DNA of 40,660 bases from Octopus bimaculoides. Lineage: Eukaryota. Below, one piece after another: positions 1 to 12,142 of the stretch (within the stretch, counting starts at the first letter, position 1; each line of letters begins with the position of its first letter). Location: NCBI RefSeq assembly GCF_001194135.2, contig NC_068992.1:24576642-24617301 (forward strand), written 5' to 3'. The translations under genes and the position numbers were made by a program. The notes under the pieces are model-generated. The model did not search any database. It was given only the letters and a program-made list of their open reading frames with translations, and was not told the origin of the DNA.

Positions 1-358
1 AGACAAACAGTCGTCGCATCACTATATGAGTATATAATTGATATACAGGATCGTTTCAAGCTATCTTCAGCCGCAAATATATTCTTTCCTAAGATTACAT
101 CACAAAGAAGAAATCACAAAGAAAAAAGAAAAAGAGAGAGAAGCAGGAGAGAGAGAAAGGTAAAGTCCACTTGGTATTATCCATTGTAATATGCTTATCC
201 ATTAAATTGTTATATTTACAAAAAAGTTCATCAGTATTCAGAAATCTGTCCATATTGTACCACAGGTGCTTACAATTATCAAGTATTACGTCTAAAATTT
301 GCAATACCTATATATATATATATATATATTACATACATATAAGAGGAAGACCAGTAAC

Positions 359-434
359 AAAAATTGTTCTCAAGAAAATTAGGCAAACGCCAAAACTTTC
401 TGACGTTTGCCGAATTTTCTTGAGAACAATTTTT
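359..434. repeat. Near-perfect 31-bp inverted repeat with 14-nt loop
   Basis: AAAAATTGTTCTCAAGAAAATTAGGCAAACG (359-389) pairs with CGTTTGCCGAATTTTCTTGAGAACAATTTTT (404-434), with one mismatch. Confidence 0.9.
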
Positions 435-1954
435 CTTAGAGGTCAGACCATATGGGGTCTAACTTCAGCATTTTAGGAATCCACCTTGTAGTTATTCCCC
501 TTATATGTATGTAATATAATTTTCTGAATCTTCAAATTTTTTTCAATATGCTAGGCCACTGGTTTAAATTGATATTAATTTAATTAATATCAATTTTTAC
601 CCTTATTATTTAATTTTATATATACATATATATATAAGCATATATAAAAGTTACAAACCTCATTGAGGGATAGCAAAATACTATGAATGTACTGGTTAGT
701 TACCTATACAAAGAATATTGAACATTACACTTAATACTCAACTGCAAGGTAACTATATAAACCGTCGTTTATATATATTTATTTATTATAAAATGAGAAA
801 ATAGAGAGGTAATTAATAAACTCTTATTTATTTATTAAAACATTGACAAGCATCCCATTCCTCCCCTTACAAACACTTCCTGTTTTGACACCACACTTCC
901 TGCTGGAACACATAAACTTTCAGCCTCTTTTTTTTAAAGCACAACACAACTTTTAATCCCATGCATCCTAATCTTTCTAAAAATTATCTACATGGATTAC
1001 CATTGAACTTTAAAAGCTCAAAGACAATATAATGTATTGGTATATTTATTTTTTTATATATTATTTTTTTATTTTTTTGTAAAAAACATTTTCATTCTCC
1101 CTCTTCTTGAAAATTTGCCATGCAATGAAAGCCGGTCAGAAATCCTTTTTAATCCTCCTTTTACACATCTATATTAAAATATGCATTCAGTTTAGAATTC
1201 TGCCTTATTATTATTTTTTATTTTCCTATTATTTCTCCATGTGCGGTTAACACAACCCCACCATTTACTGACTTATATATATATATATATATATATATNN
1301 NNNNNNNNNNNNNNNNNNNNNNNNNNNNNNNNNNNNNNNNNNNNNNNNNNNNNNNNNNNNNNNNNNNNNNNNNNNNNNNNNNNNNNNNNNNNNTATATAC
1401 CAGAGTAAGCACATAAATGTGAAACAAGGTGGAAAAAATAGTACTCAAATACCAAATGTAGAGTAATATGCTTTATTAAAAAGCAGCAAAAATAACACAA
1501 AAACTGTTACTCAGAACTTCACATTCCCGTCCTTTGGACAGTTTTGCTTATATATGCATGTGCAGGTATGTAGAATTACAGGTAATTATTCATTTATTTA
1601 TGCACACCCACACACACACACAGATTCAGAACAGCGAAATAAGCTTAAATATTCAGTCATTTTTTAACAATCTTAATTATGAATTCTGATGTATAGTGAT
1701 TGACTAGCATCGTTCTGCAAGGTACAGTGCTAATATCTGCACATGAAGTTAACTATAAAAGTAGAATAAATGTTTTGAAATTGCTAAACAATGTTCCTAG
1801 CATGCCACAGTCAGAAACATTTGGTGTTTCTATTTACTGGAAAACACCTGCTGGTTTATTTATCTACCCTATGCTAATAACAGCTGCTAAAACATGACAT
1901 TACTACACAAACACAAATCTACATTTCCCATATATATATATATATATATATATT

Positions 1955-2000
<46 letters not shown>

Positions 2001-3159
2001 CATATATCCACGCACACATATATATACACACATATATGTGTGCATGTGTGTGCACATATATATGTATGTATGCATGTATGTATATATACACAAACATACA
2101 TATACATACATAAATACATACACGTACATACATGTACATACACACATATATACATCGGGGACTTGCCACCTAGGTAGACAAGGTAAGCAGTGCAGTGCCT
2201 ACCTTGAATAAAAGAGATCGATAGCAACATTTTCCTCTCATGGCAAAATATCCACCTAATTCAATAAAATTAGGAAGGTTGGTCCGATTACTATGCAAAA
2301 TGTTTTATTTTTTGGGAGATTAGGTTGGCATAATTCACTTCTGCTTTTCAATCTCAGTATTTAAGCTAGGCATAGTACTGTTGTAGTATACATGCTGCGT
2401 ACATTCCTACAACAACATTTTCTTTACGTACTATAAAGGCAGAAGTAAATCTACCTTCAACTCAGTCATGTGTCTCTGTTTTGCTTATTTTTTGTGTTTT
2501 TACTACATAAAGGTCACCAACTACTTACACTGAGTAATTACTGATGGCACATACCTGATATATATGGATATATACATATATATATATATATATATANNNN
2601 NNNNNNNNNNNNNNNNNNNNNNNNNNNNNNNNNNNNNNNNNNNNNNNNNNNNNNNNNNNNNNNNNNNNNNNNNNNNNNNNNNNNNNNNNNNNNNNNNNNN
2701 NNNNNNNNNNNNNNNNNNNNNNNNNNNNNNNNNNNNNNNNNNNNNNNNNNNNNNNNNNNNNNNNNNNNNNNNNNNNNNNNNNNNNNNNNNNNNNNNNNNN
2801 NNNNNNNNNNNNNNNNNNNNNNNNNNNNNNNNNNNNNNNNNNNNNNNNNNNNNNNNNNNNNNNNNNNNNNNNNNNNNNNNNNNNNNNNNNNNNNNNNNNN
2901 NNNNNNNNNNNNNNNNNNNNNNNNNNNNNNNNNNNNNNNNNNNNNNNNNNNNNNNNNNNNNNNNNNNNNNNNNNNNNNNNNNNNNNNNNNNNNNNNNNNN
3001 NNNNNNNNNNNNNNNNNNNNNNNNNNNNNNNNNNNNNNNNNNNNNNNNNNNNNNNNNNNNNNNNNNNNNATATATATATATATATTTGCATACAAATGTA
3101 CATATATATAAACATGCATGCATATATATATATATGTGTATAAACAAATCAAAATCACT

Positions 3160-3520
3160 GACGTGGCTGATGAAAGTAGCGCCTGATTGGCATTCGTGCC
3201 AGTGAAATGTTAAAGGCACATGCAAGAGTGATCATTGCTAGGGACACAAATTGGCTCCCGTGCTGCTGACACGTTAAAAAACAGCATTCGAGTATGATTG
3301 CTACCAGTGCCGCCGGACTGGCTCCCATGCAGGTAGCATGTTAGAACACCTTTTGAGTGTGATCATTACCAGAACTGCCTGACTGGCCCTTGTGCTGGTG
3401 GCACATGAAAGCACCCACTACTATCTCGGAGTGGTTAGTGTTAGGAAGGGCATCCAGCAGTAGAAACTTTGCCAGATCAGATTGAGCCTGGTGCAGCCTC
3501 CCGTTCACCAGTCCTCAGTC
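3160..3520 (+). mobile_element. SINE-like family C fragment with internal imperfect tandem units
   Basis: Shares GTTAGGAAGGGCATCCAGC.GTAGAAAC with copies at 34640-34880 (+), 27125-27255 (+), 7592-7830, 11522-11715, 37548-37766 and 38113-38380 (-). Confidence 0.7.
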
Positions 3521-3562
3521 NNNNNNNNNNNNNNNNNNNNNNNNNNNNNNNNNNNNNNNNNN

Positions 3563-3633
<71 letters not shown>

Positions 3634-3863
3634 TACATGTATGCATGTATTATATACACACACACACGCACGCATATACACATATATGGGGGATGTGTAT
3701 GTGAGAGCATGTAGTATGTATGGGTAGAAATTTGGATATATGCAAATTGCATATATTTAAATTCCTATTTAATCTGAATATGTCTGCATATGTATAAATA
3801 TACCAAGAACTATATTATAACTCCAAGATGCATGGTAAGTTTAACAGAAATCATCGATTATTA

Positions 3864-4295
3864 AGGTGGTGAACTGGCAGAAACATTAGCACGCCGGGCG
3901 AAATGCTTTGTGCTATTTCATCTGCCGTTACATTCTGAGTTCAAATTCCGCCATGGTTGATTTTGCCTTTCATCCTTTTTGGGTCAATTAAATAAGTACC
4001 AGTTATGCACTGGGGTGTATATAATCAACTTAATCCGTTTGTCTGTCCTTGTTTGTCCCCTCTGTATGTAGCCCCTTGTGGGTAGTAAAGAAATAAGAAA
4101 CATTAGCACGCCGGGCATAATGCTTAGTGGTATTTCGTCTGCCTTTAAATTCTGAGTTCAAATTCCACCAAGGCCGACTTTGCCTTTCGTCCTTTCAGGG
4201 TCGATAAAATAAGTACCACATGTGTACTGGGGTTGATCTGATCGACTGCCTCCCCCTCCTCAAAAATTTCTGGTCTTATGCCGAGAGTAGAAATT
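3864..4295 (+). mobile_element. Two nested/tandem family B SINE copies
   Basis: Head GGTGGTGAACTGGCAGAAACATTAGCACGCCGGGC, B-box-like GAGTTCAAATTCC and body GCCTTT..TCCTTT..GGGTC.AT.AA.TAAGTACC each occur twice. The 19-nt sequence AAACATTAGCACGCCGGGC is at both 3881-3899 and 4098-4116. Confidence 0.85.
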
Positions 4296-5224
4296 AAAAA
4301 AAAAATATCTCATCCATTATAGTTTTGAAGTATCATTACAACTAACACCAAAGATACGTTTAGATAAAAAATATAAAAAAGAAAAACCAGAAGAAATAGA
4401 GAAAGTATAGTAAAATTTGGAATCCTCGTTTCCTTCTCTCCATAGACTGGCCACCCACCCTGACACAGTGATGAGGATGGTATTTATGAAAACAAGTAGG
4501 ATGACCTGCTTTACGGCTAAATTGTTTATGTAGTTGCAATGTGAAGGGAAAATGAGATTTGACAGGCACAGTTTCTAAACAAAACAGACACACAGACAGC
4601 TGGGTGGATGGGCAAGAAGATAGAGGAACCCAAGGAGAAAAGGGGGGAAAGGAATGATGTGGGGAGTGGCTGTGTACTTAAGAAGCATGGTTTGCAACCA
4701 TGGGGTTTCAAGAACAATCCCACTGTGCTCCCCCATGGGCAAGTGTCTTCTACAACATAAGGCTCACCAATGCCTCATGAGTGAATCGGGTATCTGGAGA
4801 CTGTATGGAAGTCCATCATATGTTTATGTGTGTGGTTAGGATATTCAGCTCATGATTGCAAGGTAATGAGTTCAATTCCCAGCAGCACATTCTATGCTTG
4901 AGCAAGACTATTTTTCCCCCCGTTGTTCCAATCCACTCAGCTGGCAAAAATGAGTGGCACCTGTAATTCAAAGGGCCGACCATGCCGCATTCTGCATCAC
5001 ATTGAATCTCCTTGGGTACTACATTAAGGGTATGCATATTTGTTGAGTACTCAGCCTTTTGAACATTAAATTTCACAACCAGTTATTTCATTGATCAGAT
5101 TAACTGGAACCCTTGTTGTTGTAGCAAACAGAGTGCCAGTATGTGTGTGTGTGTGTGAGTGTGTATCTGTGTGTGTGTAGTTGTGTGTGTGCGTGTGTAT
5201 GTATGTGTGCATATTATTATTGTT

Positions 5225-5369
5225 GGGGTTAGTAGCCCATGCTCTTAACCACTACACCATATGCCTGTGGCCATATGGCGTAGTGGTTAAGAGCACAGGC
5301 TACTAATCCCAAGATTCTGAGTTCGATTCCAGGCATTGACCTGAATAATAATAATAATAATAATAATAA
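5225..5369 (+). mobile_element. Family D tRNA-like SINE head with head-to-head inverted duplication, no ribozyme tail
   Basis: 5272-5345 has A-box TGGCGTAGTGG and B-box AGTTCGATTCC followed by (AAT)n. 5225-5271 is the reverse complement of the head's first ~47 nt. Confidence 0.85.
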
Positions 5370-5764
5370 AAAATGGGCTAAAGCAAATATTCTGCTTAAT
5401 ACCACAGATTTTCTTGTCAGTTGTTTGACTTTAACCAGTTGAGCATGTCCCTTGGTGGCTGACGACATGTGCATCTCTGATCATGAGCAGAAGTAGTGGG
5501 GGAGAATCATAGCCATGTGTTGAGAGGAATTCTTTGGGGTTTGAATAATTCACCTTTGGAAACATGGGTGTTTTGCTCAACATCCTTAAACAAACCTTAT
5601 TCAGGGACCTTTTGAGCAGGATGGGCTACTCGACCTGAAGAAAATTCTAACTGAGCCCCACCTGCGAGGTCTTGCACTGTTTATCTTGATATGAGATCAC
5701 CATGTTGTGTGCATATGGTGGTGATGCATGTGTCTGGTGTACCCTTATCCGAAGAACACAAAGG

Positions 5765-5981
5765 CACACACATACATACACACATACAAAGTTACACACG
5801 CACAGGCACATGCAAACACACACACATATGCAGACACACATACACTCATACAGATATTGACCCACATGCACAAACACCCACCCATACTGACACACACATG
5901 CATACATACATACATACATACATACATACATACACACACATAAATACAGACAGGTGTGCATACACACATACACAGACAGGT

Positions 5982-6014
<33 letters not shown>

Positions 6015-6410
6015 TACAGATACACACAGTAACACAGACAGGTGCACACCCACCCACACATACATATACACAAATACAGACAGGTGCACACATACACAAA
6101 CGTGCACACACACAAATACACACAAACAAAGACAGGAACACACACACACAAACAGATACACATACACAAACACACATACAAATACACACACAAGCACGCA
6201 TACACAGACATGCACAAACAGGTACACACACACACAGGTACACACACTCACAAACTGGTATACACACACAAACGAATATGCAGACACCCACAAACAGGTA
6301 CATACACAATCAGGTACACACACACACACAAACAAATATGCACACACACACACCCACAAACAGGTATGCACACACCACACACGCACACACCACACACGTA
6401 CACACTGAGG
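5765..6410. repeat. Compound (CA)n-rich microsatellite with recurring ACAGGTG/ACAGGTA interruptions
   Basis: Directly visible; it produces the HT/CV-repeat ORFs. Confidence 0.95.
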
Positions 6411-6680
6411 CAGCCTATCTGATAAGCTATGCAACAAAGAGACAATAAAGATAAACAAAGAAGACAATTTTGTCTTTTATAGAATAAAAATATGTCTAAT
6501 GTTTACTTTGAAATATTTAAAGAAGATATAAATATGGCGGACGAAGCATTGATCTGTGTAAATGGAGGAGAGAAAATATTATCATTTTTCCAACCTGGCC
6601 AATCAGAAGAATTTATCTTCACAATTGTGTTCTTTTGTTTGAAAAAAATGAGAAATTCAGTGAATTGTGGCCATGATGGA

Positions 6681-7156
6681 GCAAAACTTAGCTGGATTTT
6701 AATCAGATGAATATTTAAATTTTTTTTTTTTCTGTTGGTTTCTTTTGCTGAACTGCTATGTGACAGGGATATAAACAAACTGGCACCAGTGTCCAAGTGG
6801 TAACGTGGACAAACTAAGAAACAAACACGCACACGCACATATATATATATATATATATACATATATCTTCTGTCTTTTTATTTTTTACTTGTTTCAGTCA
6901 TTAGACTATGGCCNNNNNNNNNNGCAAAACTTAGCTGGATTTTAATCAGATGAATATTTAAATTTTTTTTTTTTCTGTTGGTTTCTTTTGCTGAACTGCT
7001 ATGTGACAGGGATATAAACAAACTGGCACCAGTGTCCAAGTGGTAACGTGGACAAACTAAGAAACAAACACGCACACGCACATATATATATATATATATA
7101 TACATATATCTTCTGTCTTTTTATTTTTTACTTGTTTCAGTCATTAGACTATGGCC
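6681..7156. other. Identical 233-bp duplication across a 10-N gap (probable assembly artefact)
   Basis: 6681-6913 is identical to 6924-7156, and the two are separated only by a 10-N gap. Confidence 0.85.
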
Positions 7157-7522
7157 ATGCTGGGGCACCGCCTTGCCGAATTTTTAGTCAAATGTATTGA
7201 CACAAGTGTTTATTTTACCGAACCATTTAGTTAAAGGGATGCAAACACACCAACACATGCATATACATATATATATAAGAAATAATCAAGATTCAGTTGA
7301 ATTAGGTACATAAGTTGAGGCACCAAGTCAGTCCAGTATTATCTGTACAGCTCAAAGTAAGGTGAATAAAAAGCAAATAAGGAACAATGATGTCTAGGTA
7401 TTAGTGCTTTACAGCCGTTTCAGGTGGCATCATTTAATGCTTGCATTGTTTGATGAAAAGGAGCCACCTAAAACAGACGTAATGCACTAATACCTTGACA
7501 TCATTGCTTTTTAGCTATTTGC

Positions 7523-7569
<47 letters not shown>

Positions 7570-7866
7570 ATGAATATCATCATCATCATCATCATCATCA
7601 TCTAATGTTCACTCTCCATGTTGACATTAGTTAGACAGTTTGACTTGAGCTGATAAGCCAAAGAGCTGCACCAGGTTCCAGTCAGGTTTCTACATTTGGA
7701 AGACCTTCCTAGTGCCAACCACTCCTGCAGTGTAATTCCTGCATTAACATGCCACCAGCTCAGGTGCCATTTATATGGCCCAGCAATGATCACAACTACG
7801 ATGCACATGTGCCATTTACATGGCACTAGCAGCAACCATACTCCGATTCACACACACACATATTAC

Positions 7867-8234
7867 AGGTACAGGAATGGCTGTGTGGCAAGTAGCTTGC
7901 TTACTAACCACATGGTTCCAGGTCCAGACCCACTGCATGGCACCTTGGGCCAGTGTCTTCTATAGCCTCGGGCTAACCAAAGCCTTGTGAGTGGATTTGG
8001 TAGATGGAAACTGAAAGAAGCCAGTCGTATATATATGTGTGTGTGTGTGTGTGTGCATCAGTGTTTGCCCCCCCCCCCCATCATCCCTTGACAACCAATG
8101 TTGGTGTGCTTACATCCCCACGACTTAGCAATTTGGCAAAAGTGACCAATAGAATAAGTCCTAGGGTTGATTTGTTCGATTAAAGGCAGTGCTCCAGCAT
8201 GGCTGCAATCAAAATGACTGAATTGAGTGTGTTT
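7867..8234 (+). mobile_element. Family A tRNA-type SINE with internal (TA)n(TG)n tract
   Basis: Head GGAATGGCTGTGTGGCAAGTAGCTTGCTTAC...GGTCCAGACCC and body CTTGGG.CAGTGTCTTCT..ATAGCCTCGGG...GGAAACTGAAAGAAGCC match the copies at 13058 and 35134. Confidence 0.85.
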
Positions 8235-9741
8235 NNNNNNNNNNNNNNNNNNNNNNNNNNNNNNNNNNNNNNNNNNNNNNNNNNNNNNNNNNNNNNNNNN
8301 NNNNNNNNNNNNNNNNNNNNNNNNNNNNNNNNNNNNNNNNNNNNNNNNNNNNNNNNNNNNNNNNNNNNNNNNNNNNNNNNNNNNNNNNNNNNNNNNNNNN
8401 NNNNNNNNNNNNNNNNNNNNNNNNNNNNNNNNNNNNNNNNNNNNNNNNNNNNNNNNNNNNNNNNNNNNNNNNNNNNNNNNNNNNNNNNNNNNNNNNNNNN
8501 NNNNNNNNNNNNNNNNNNNNNNNNNNNNNNNNNNNNNNNNNNNNNNNNNNNNNNNNNNNNNNNNNNNNNNNNNNNNNNNNNNNNNNNNNNNNNNNNNNNN
8601 NNNNNNNNNNNNNNNNNNNNNNNNNNNNNNNNNNNNNNNNNNNNNNNNNNNNNNNNNNNATATATATATATATACACACATAATGTATAAACAGAGCCTG
8701 AAAGATTGCTTTAAGGTACATGGTACATTTTATAAATATGCTTTGTTAAAGTATCTCTAAAGCATGAAACTCTTTGTAGCGCTTTTAGTGGTGAAGTTAA
8801 ATTGATATTTATCTCATTGGATGGAGTACTTTTTTATTCTTTGTTGATTCTACCTATATTGCATCTATAAACTATACATGCAGAGATGCTCACAGCAGAC
8901 TCTCACATAGTTTATATCTATGAAATTCATTCACAATTCACTTGTCAGTTCATGGCTAGAGTAGAAGAAACTTGCCTGAGCTGGTATGCAGTGGGACTGA
9001 ACCTGAAACCACATGGTTGCTAAGCAAGCTTTTTAACAACATGCCTGTGCCTTAAAATAATTTTCTGGTAGACATAGCATAGCACTATGCACAACAAGGC
9101 TGGGTCTACATTTTAAAGGCGCTGTCTATACACACATTTTGTCTATCGAATTTTTGCTAACCAGTCTTGGACTGAAACGAAGGCTGTGGCAGAAGACACT
9201 TGCTTAAGATGTAACCGTCACTCAGTAGGAATAAACTCAAAGGAGCATCGTTTGAGAAGAAAACTTCCAAGAAATTCATACGCACATCACTGTTGATTAG
9301 AAGCAAGACAGAGAAAGAGAGACAGACAGACAGACAGACAGAGGAAGAGTGAGAGAGAGAGAGAGAGAACTGTTTGAAAGGTTATTCTGTGATTTCATTC
9401 AAGACCTTTCGTTGCCATATTTCTGTTGAAACAGCTTTTACTTCAATTAATAATGACAGTTGCTTTGCTAAATTCTTCCTTAATTTCAAAATTATGCTCT
9501 ATGTTGAAGACATAAATTAATATGAAGGTTTAATGGATATTTTCAATTTAGACCATTTTAAAGCTGAAAGCTTATATCATGGAACCAGGCAAGGAACAGG
9601 CAGCTTGGTATCAAAAAGGTTAAGGAATAATATAGGAAGAAAAGAATGAGTTTTTCTGCATTCCAGAGTGTTTGTATAAGTTAAATATTCCAGCTCTAAG
9701 TCAAATGGGAGCTATATGCCTATCAGCTTATAACAGAGGTT

Positions 9742-10020
9742 CAGTTCTATATTTAAGAGATGAGGAATTATGTACATTATTTACATTTGACGGATATTTG
9801 TCCTCATCTTGTTTGTTGTTAACACAACGTTTCGGCTGATATACCCTCCAGCCTTCATCAGGTGTCTTGGGGGAAATTTCGAAACTGGGTTCTTATTCCT
9901 AAGGTATTTTTCCATGTTATTATTATTATTATTATTATTATTAAGGTCATATGGCATAGTGGTTAAGAGTGCGGGCTACTAACCCCAAGATTCCGAGTTC
10001 GATTCCAGGCAGTCACCTAA
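9742..10020 (-). mobile_element. Family D element: hammerhead-bearing tail (-) joined to an inverted tRNA-like head (+)
   Basis: 9742-9947 is the reverse complement of the tail at 11900-12060 and 12092-12220. 9948-10020 is the head on the + strand. Confidence 0.85.
9821..9866 (-). ncRNA. Minimal type-I hammerhead ribozyme, intact core
   Basis: Minus strand reads GACAC-CUGAUGA-A-GGCUG-GAGGGUAUAU-CAGCC-GAA-ACGU-U-GUGUU. This gives helix I 5 bp, helix II 5 bp, palindromic helix III ACGU and a GUU cleavage triplet. Confidence 0.75.
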
Positions 10021-10085
10021 ATAAGTAATACATACTAATACATACAGTTAAAGCAAAATATTTTCAGCAGCACTTAAAACACTAT

Positions 10086-10175
10086 TATGGGTCCCCAATT
10101 TACCGTTTTGTTGCGTGGACCCCCAAAATCTTATATGAACCCTCAGGGCCATATGAACCTGGTTGAGACCCACTG
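10086..10175 (-). mobile_element. hAT (Charlie-like) MITE end
   Basis: Minus strand starts CAGTGGGTCTCAACC. It is homologous to 12310-12410 (+), which starts CAGTGGTTCTTAAC. Confidence 0.55.
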
Positions 10176-10348
10176 ACTTATAGTAACAGTTTAAGAGTTT
10201 TTAAGTAAATGTCCATGGTATACCTTTNNNNNNNNNNNNNNNNNNNNNNNNNNNNNNNNNNNNNNNNNNNNNNNNNNNNNNNNNNNNNNNNNNNNNNNNN
10301 NNNNNNNNNNNNNNNNNGAAAGCACAGTGATATTTTCCTGGACCGAAT

Positions 10349-10498
10349 TGATTTATAGTTACCAAATATCAACACCAATCAAAAATTTTTATTATGCTTT
10401 CTGGCGTCCAGTTTTGATAATAGCATTGGTGGCATATCATACAGGAAAGAAAATGAAAATACTGCTGAACAATACTGGAAGAGGGTTATGGCGACGAG
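10349..10498 (+). CDS. Candidate exon, frame ambiguous (two open frames)
   Basis: gatttatag|...gcgacgag|gtagga. Reads either LPNINTNQKFLLCFLASSFDNSIGGISYRKENENTAEQYWKRVMAT or YQISTPIKNFYYAFWRPVLIIALVAYHTGKKMKILLNNTGRGLWRR. Confidence 0.35.
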
Positions 10499-11289
10499 GT
10501 AGGAAATGTTGAAGCTGTAATTTATGCAGTCCTACAATCAATTTAAATGTTAATAACATTTTCTCTTTCCCTACAGACGTTTCACAACAACAACACCAAT
10601 TGTTAAATGAACATTCATATAAAACCTGATTATTAGGATTAAAAATGCTTCAAGGAGGTAAAATTTAATTAGGATTTTCATCTATAAATTAAATTCAGAT
10701 TTAGGTGAAGGGAAAAAATTACGGATTATGGTTGGAAATTTTTGTTCAAAACTAGAAGGTTCTTTTTAAAGGAAGAAATCTTTGAAAATCAAAATTGAGT
10801 TTTTGGTGGGAATCTAAGTTGAAAGGGAAAATGTTCTCTTGTATTCTATGTAATTCTATGAGGTTAACAATGCATAATCTAATTCTGGAGGAAAACTTCA
10901 GCATGAAATAATGGCTTCTATGGTGAATGTTGATAAAGTACTGCCAATGTTGACATCGTAATTTAAACAATCTTCAGTGATTCAAGAATTTTTTTTTTTG
11001 TCACTGCCATAGTTCAATGTTTAAATGTCTACTTCCCTATCTTTTCAAACCAAGAAATCTTCAAAATTTTCCCATAGGAACCAAACAATAGCAATATGTC
11101 TGTATATATAACTGATGTGCGTTTGTGTGTGTATACAAACATATACATGTGTGTGTTTTGTATATGTGTGAACATTTATGTTTATATGTGTGTGTGTGTG
11201 TGTGTGTGTGCATATATATATATAGAGAGAGAGAGAGGGGGGAGGGAGATGGAGGAGGAGGGAGAGAGAGAGAGAGAATTATATATACT

Positions 11290-11502
11290 CTTTTCTACTC
11301 TAGACACAAGGTCGAAACTTTTTTGGGAGGAAGCCAGTCAATTAAATCAACCCAGTATGCAACTGGTACTTAATTTATTGACCCTGAAGGGATAAAAGAC
11401 AAAGTTGACCACAGCGTAATTTGAACTCAGAACGTAGTGGCAGACAAAATACCACTAAGCATTTCACCTGGCATGCTAACGAATCTGCCAGCTTGCCCCC
11501 TT
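11290..11502 (-). mobile_element. Family B SINE with 17-bp target-site duplication
   Basis: AGAGAATTATATATACT flanks both sides (11273-11289 and 11503-11519). Confidence 0.9.
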
Positions 11503-11727
11503 AGAGAATTATATATACTGCTTCATCATTTAAACATCCCCTTTTCCATGCTTGCATAGCATCAGAATTTGTTGAGACAGGTTTTCTATGGCTGGACGCC
11601 CCTTCCTGTCACCAACCCTCACCTGTTTCCAAGTAAAGTAATATTTCCCCTGGCCTGGTTTGTGTTTGAAGGAGCACCAGGAAAGAATAACAATGCTTGC
11701 AAACCAGGGACGCTCATTTACATACAT

Positions 11728-11810
<83 letters not shown>

Positions 11811-11818
11811 ATCTATAT

Positions 11819-12060
11819 ATGCCCACAGGCATATGGCGTAGTGGTTAAGAGTGCGGGCTACTAACCCTAAGTTTCCGAGTTCGATTCCAGGCAGTCACCT
11901 GAATAATAATAATAATAATAGTAACATCGAAAAAATACCTTAGGAATGAGAACTCAGGTTTGAAATTTCGCCAAGACACCTGATGAAGGCTGAAGGGTAT
12001 ATCAGCCAAAACATTGTGTTAACAACAAACAAGATGAGGACAAATATCGGTCAAATGTAT
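11819..12060 (+). mobile_element. Family D composite element: tRNA-like head + (AAT)n + hammerhead tail (core decayed in this copy)
   Basis: A-box TGGCGTAGTGG 11834-11844, B-box AGTTCGATTCC 11878-11888, (AAT)n linker, then GACAC-CTGATGA-A-GGCTG..CAGCC-AAA-ACAT-T-GTGTT at 11975-12020 with a G12>A change. Confidence 0.85.
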
Positions 12061-12096
12061 ATAAAGAGAAATATTGTTCATTACATGCATCACCAA

Positions 12097-12142
12097 GATA
12101 CCTGATGAAGGCTGGAGGGTATATCAGCTGAAACGTTGTGTT
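12097..12142 (+). ncRNA. Minimal type-I hammerhead ribozyme in a second family D tail (12092-12220)
   Basis: GAUAC-CUGAUGA-A-GGCUG-GAGGGUAUAU-CAGCU-GAA-ACGU-U-GUGUU. The core is intact; the base of helix II is a G-U wobble. Confidence 0.7.

Noticed and set aside
6492-6710. 72-aa ORF MSNVYFEIF... in non-repetitive sequence
   Set aside because: Several frames on both strands are partly open, splice signals are weak and no motif is recognisable; it may hide an exon but I cannot support one.
6681-7156. Apparent 233-bp tandem duplication
   Set aside because: Identical copies abut a 10-N gap, which is typical of unmerged contig overlap.
11830-11895. Possible tRNA gene (anticodon-like loop CTACTAA)
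   Set aside because: It has no pairable acceptor stem, and divergent copies are embedded in a repeat; it is a SINE head.
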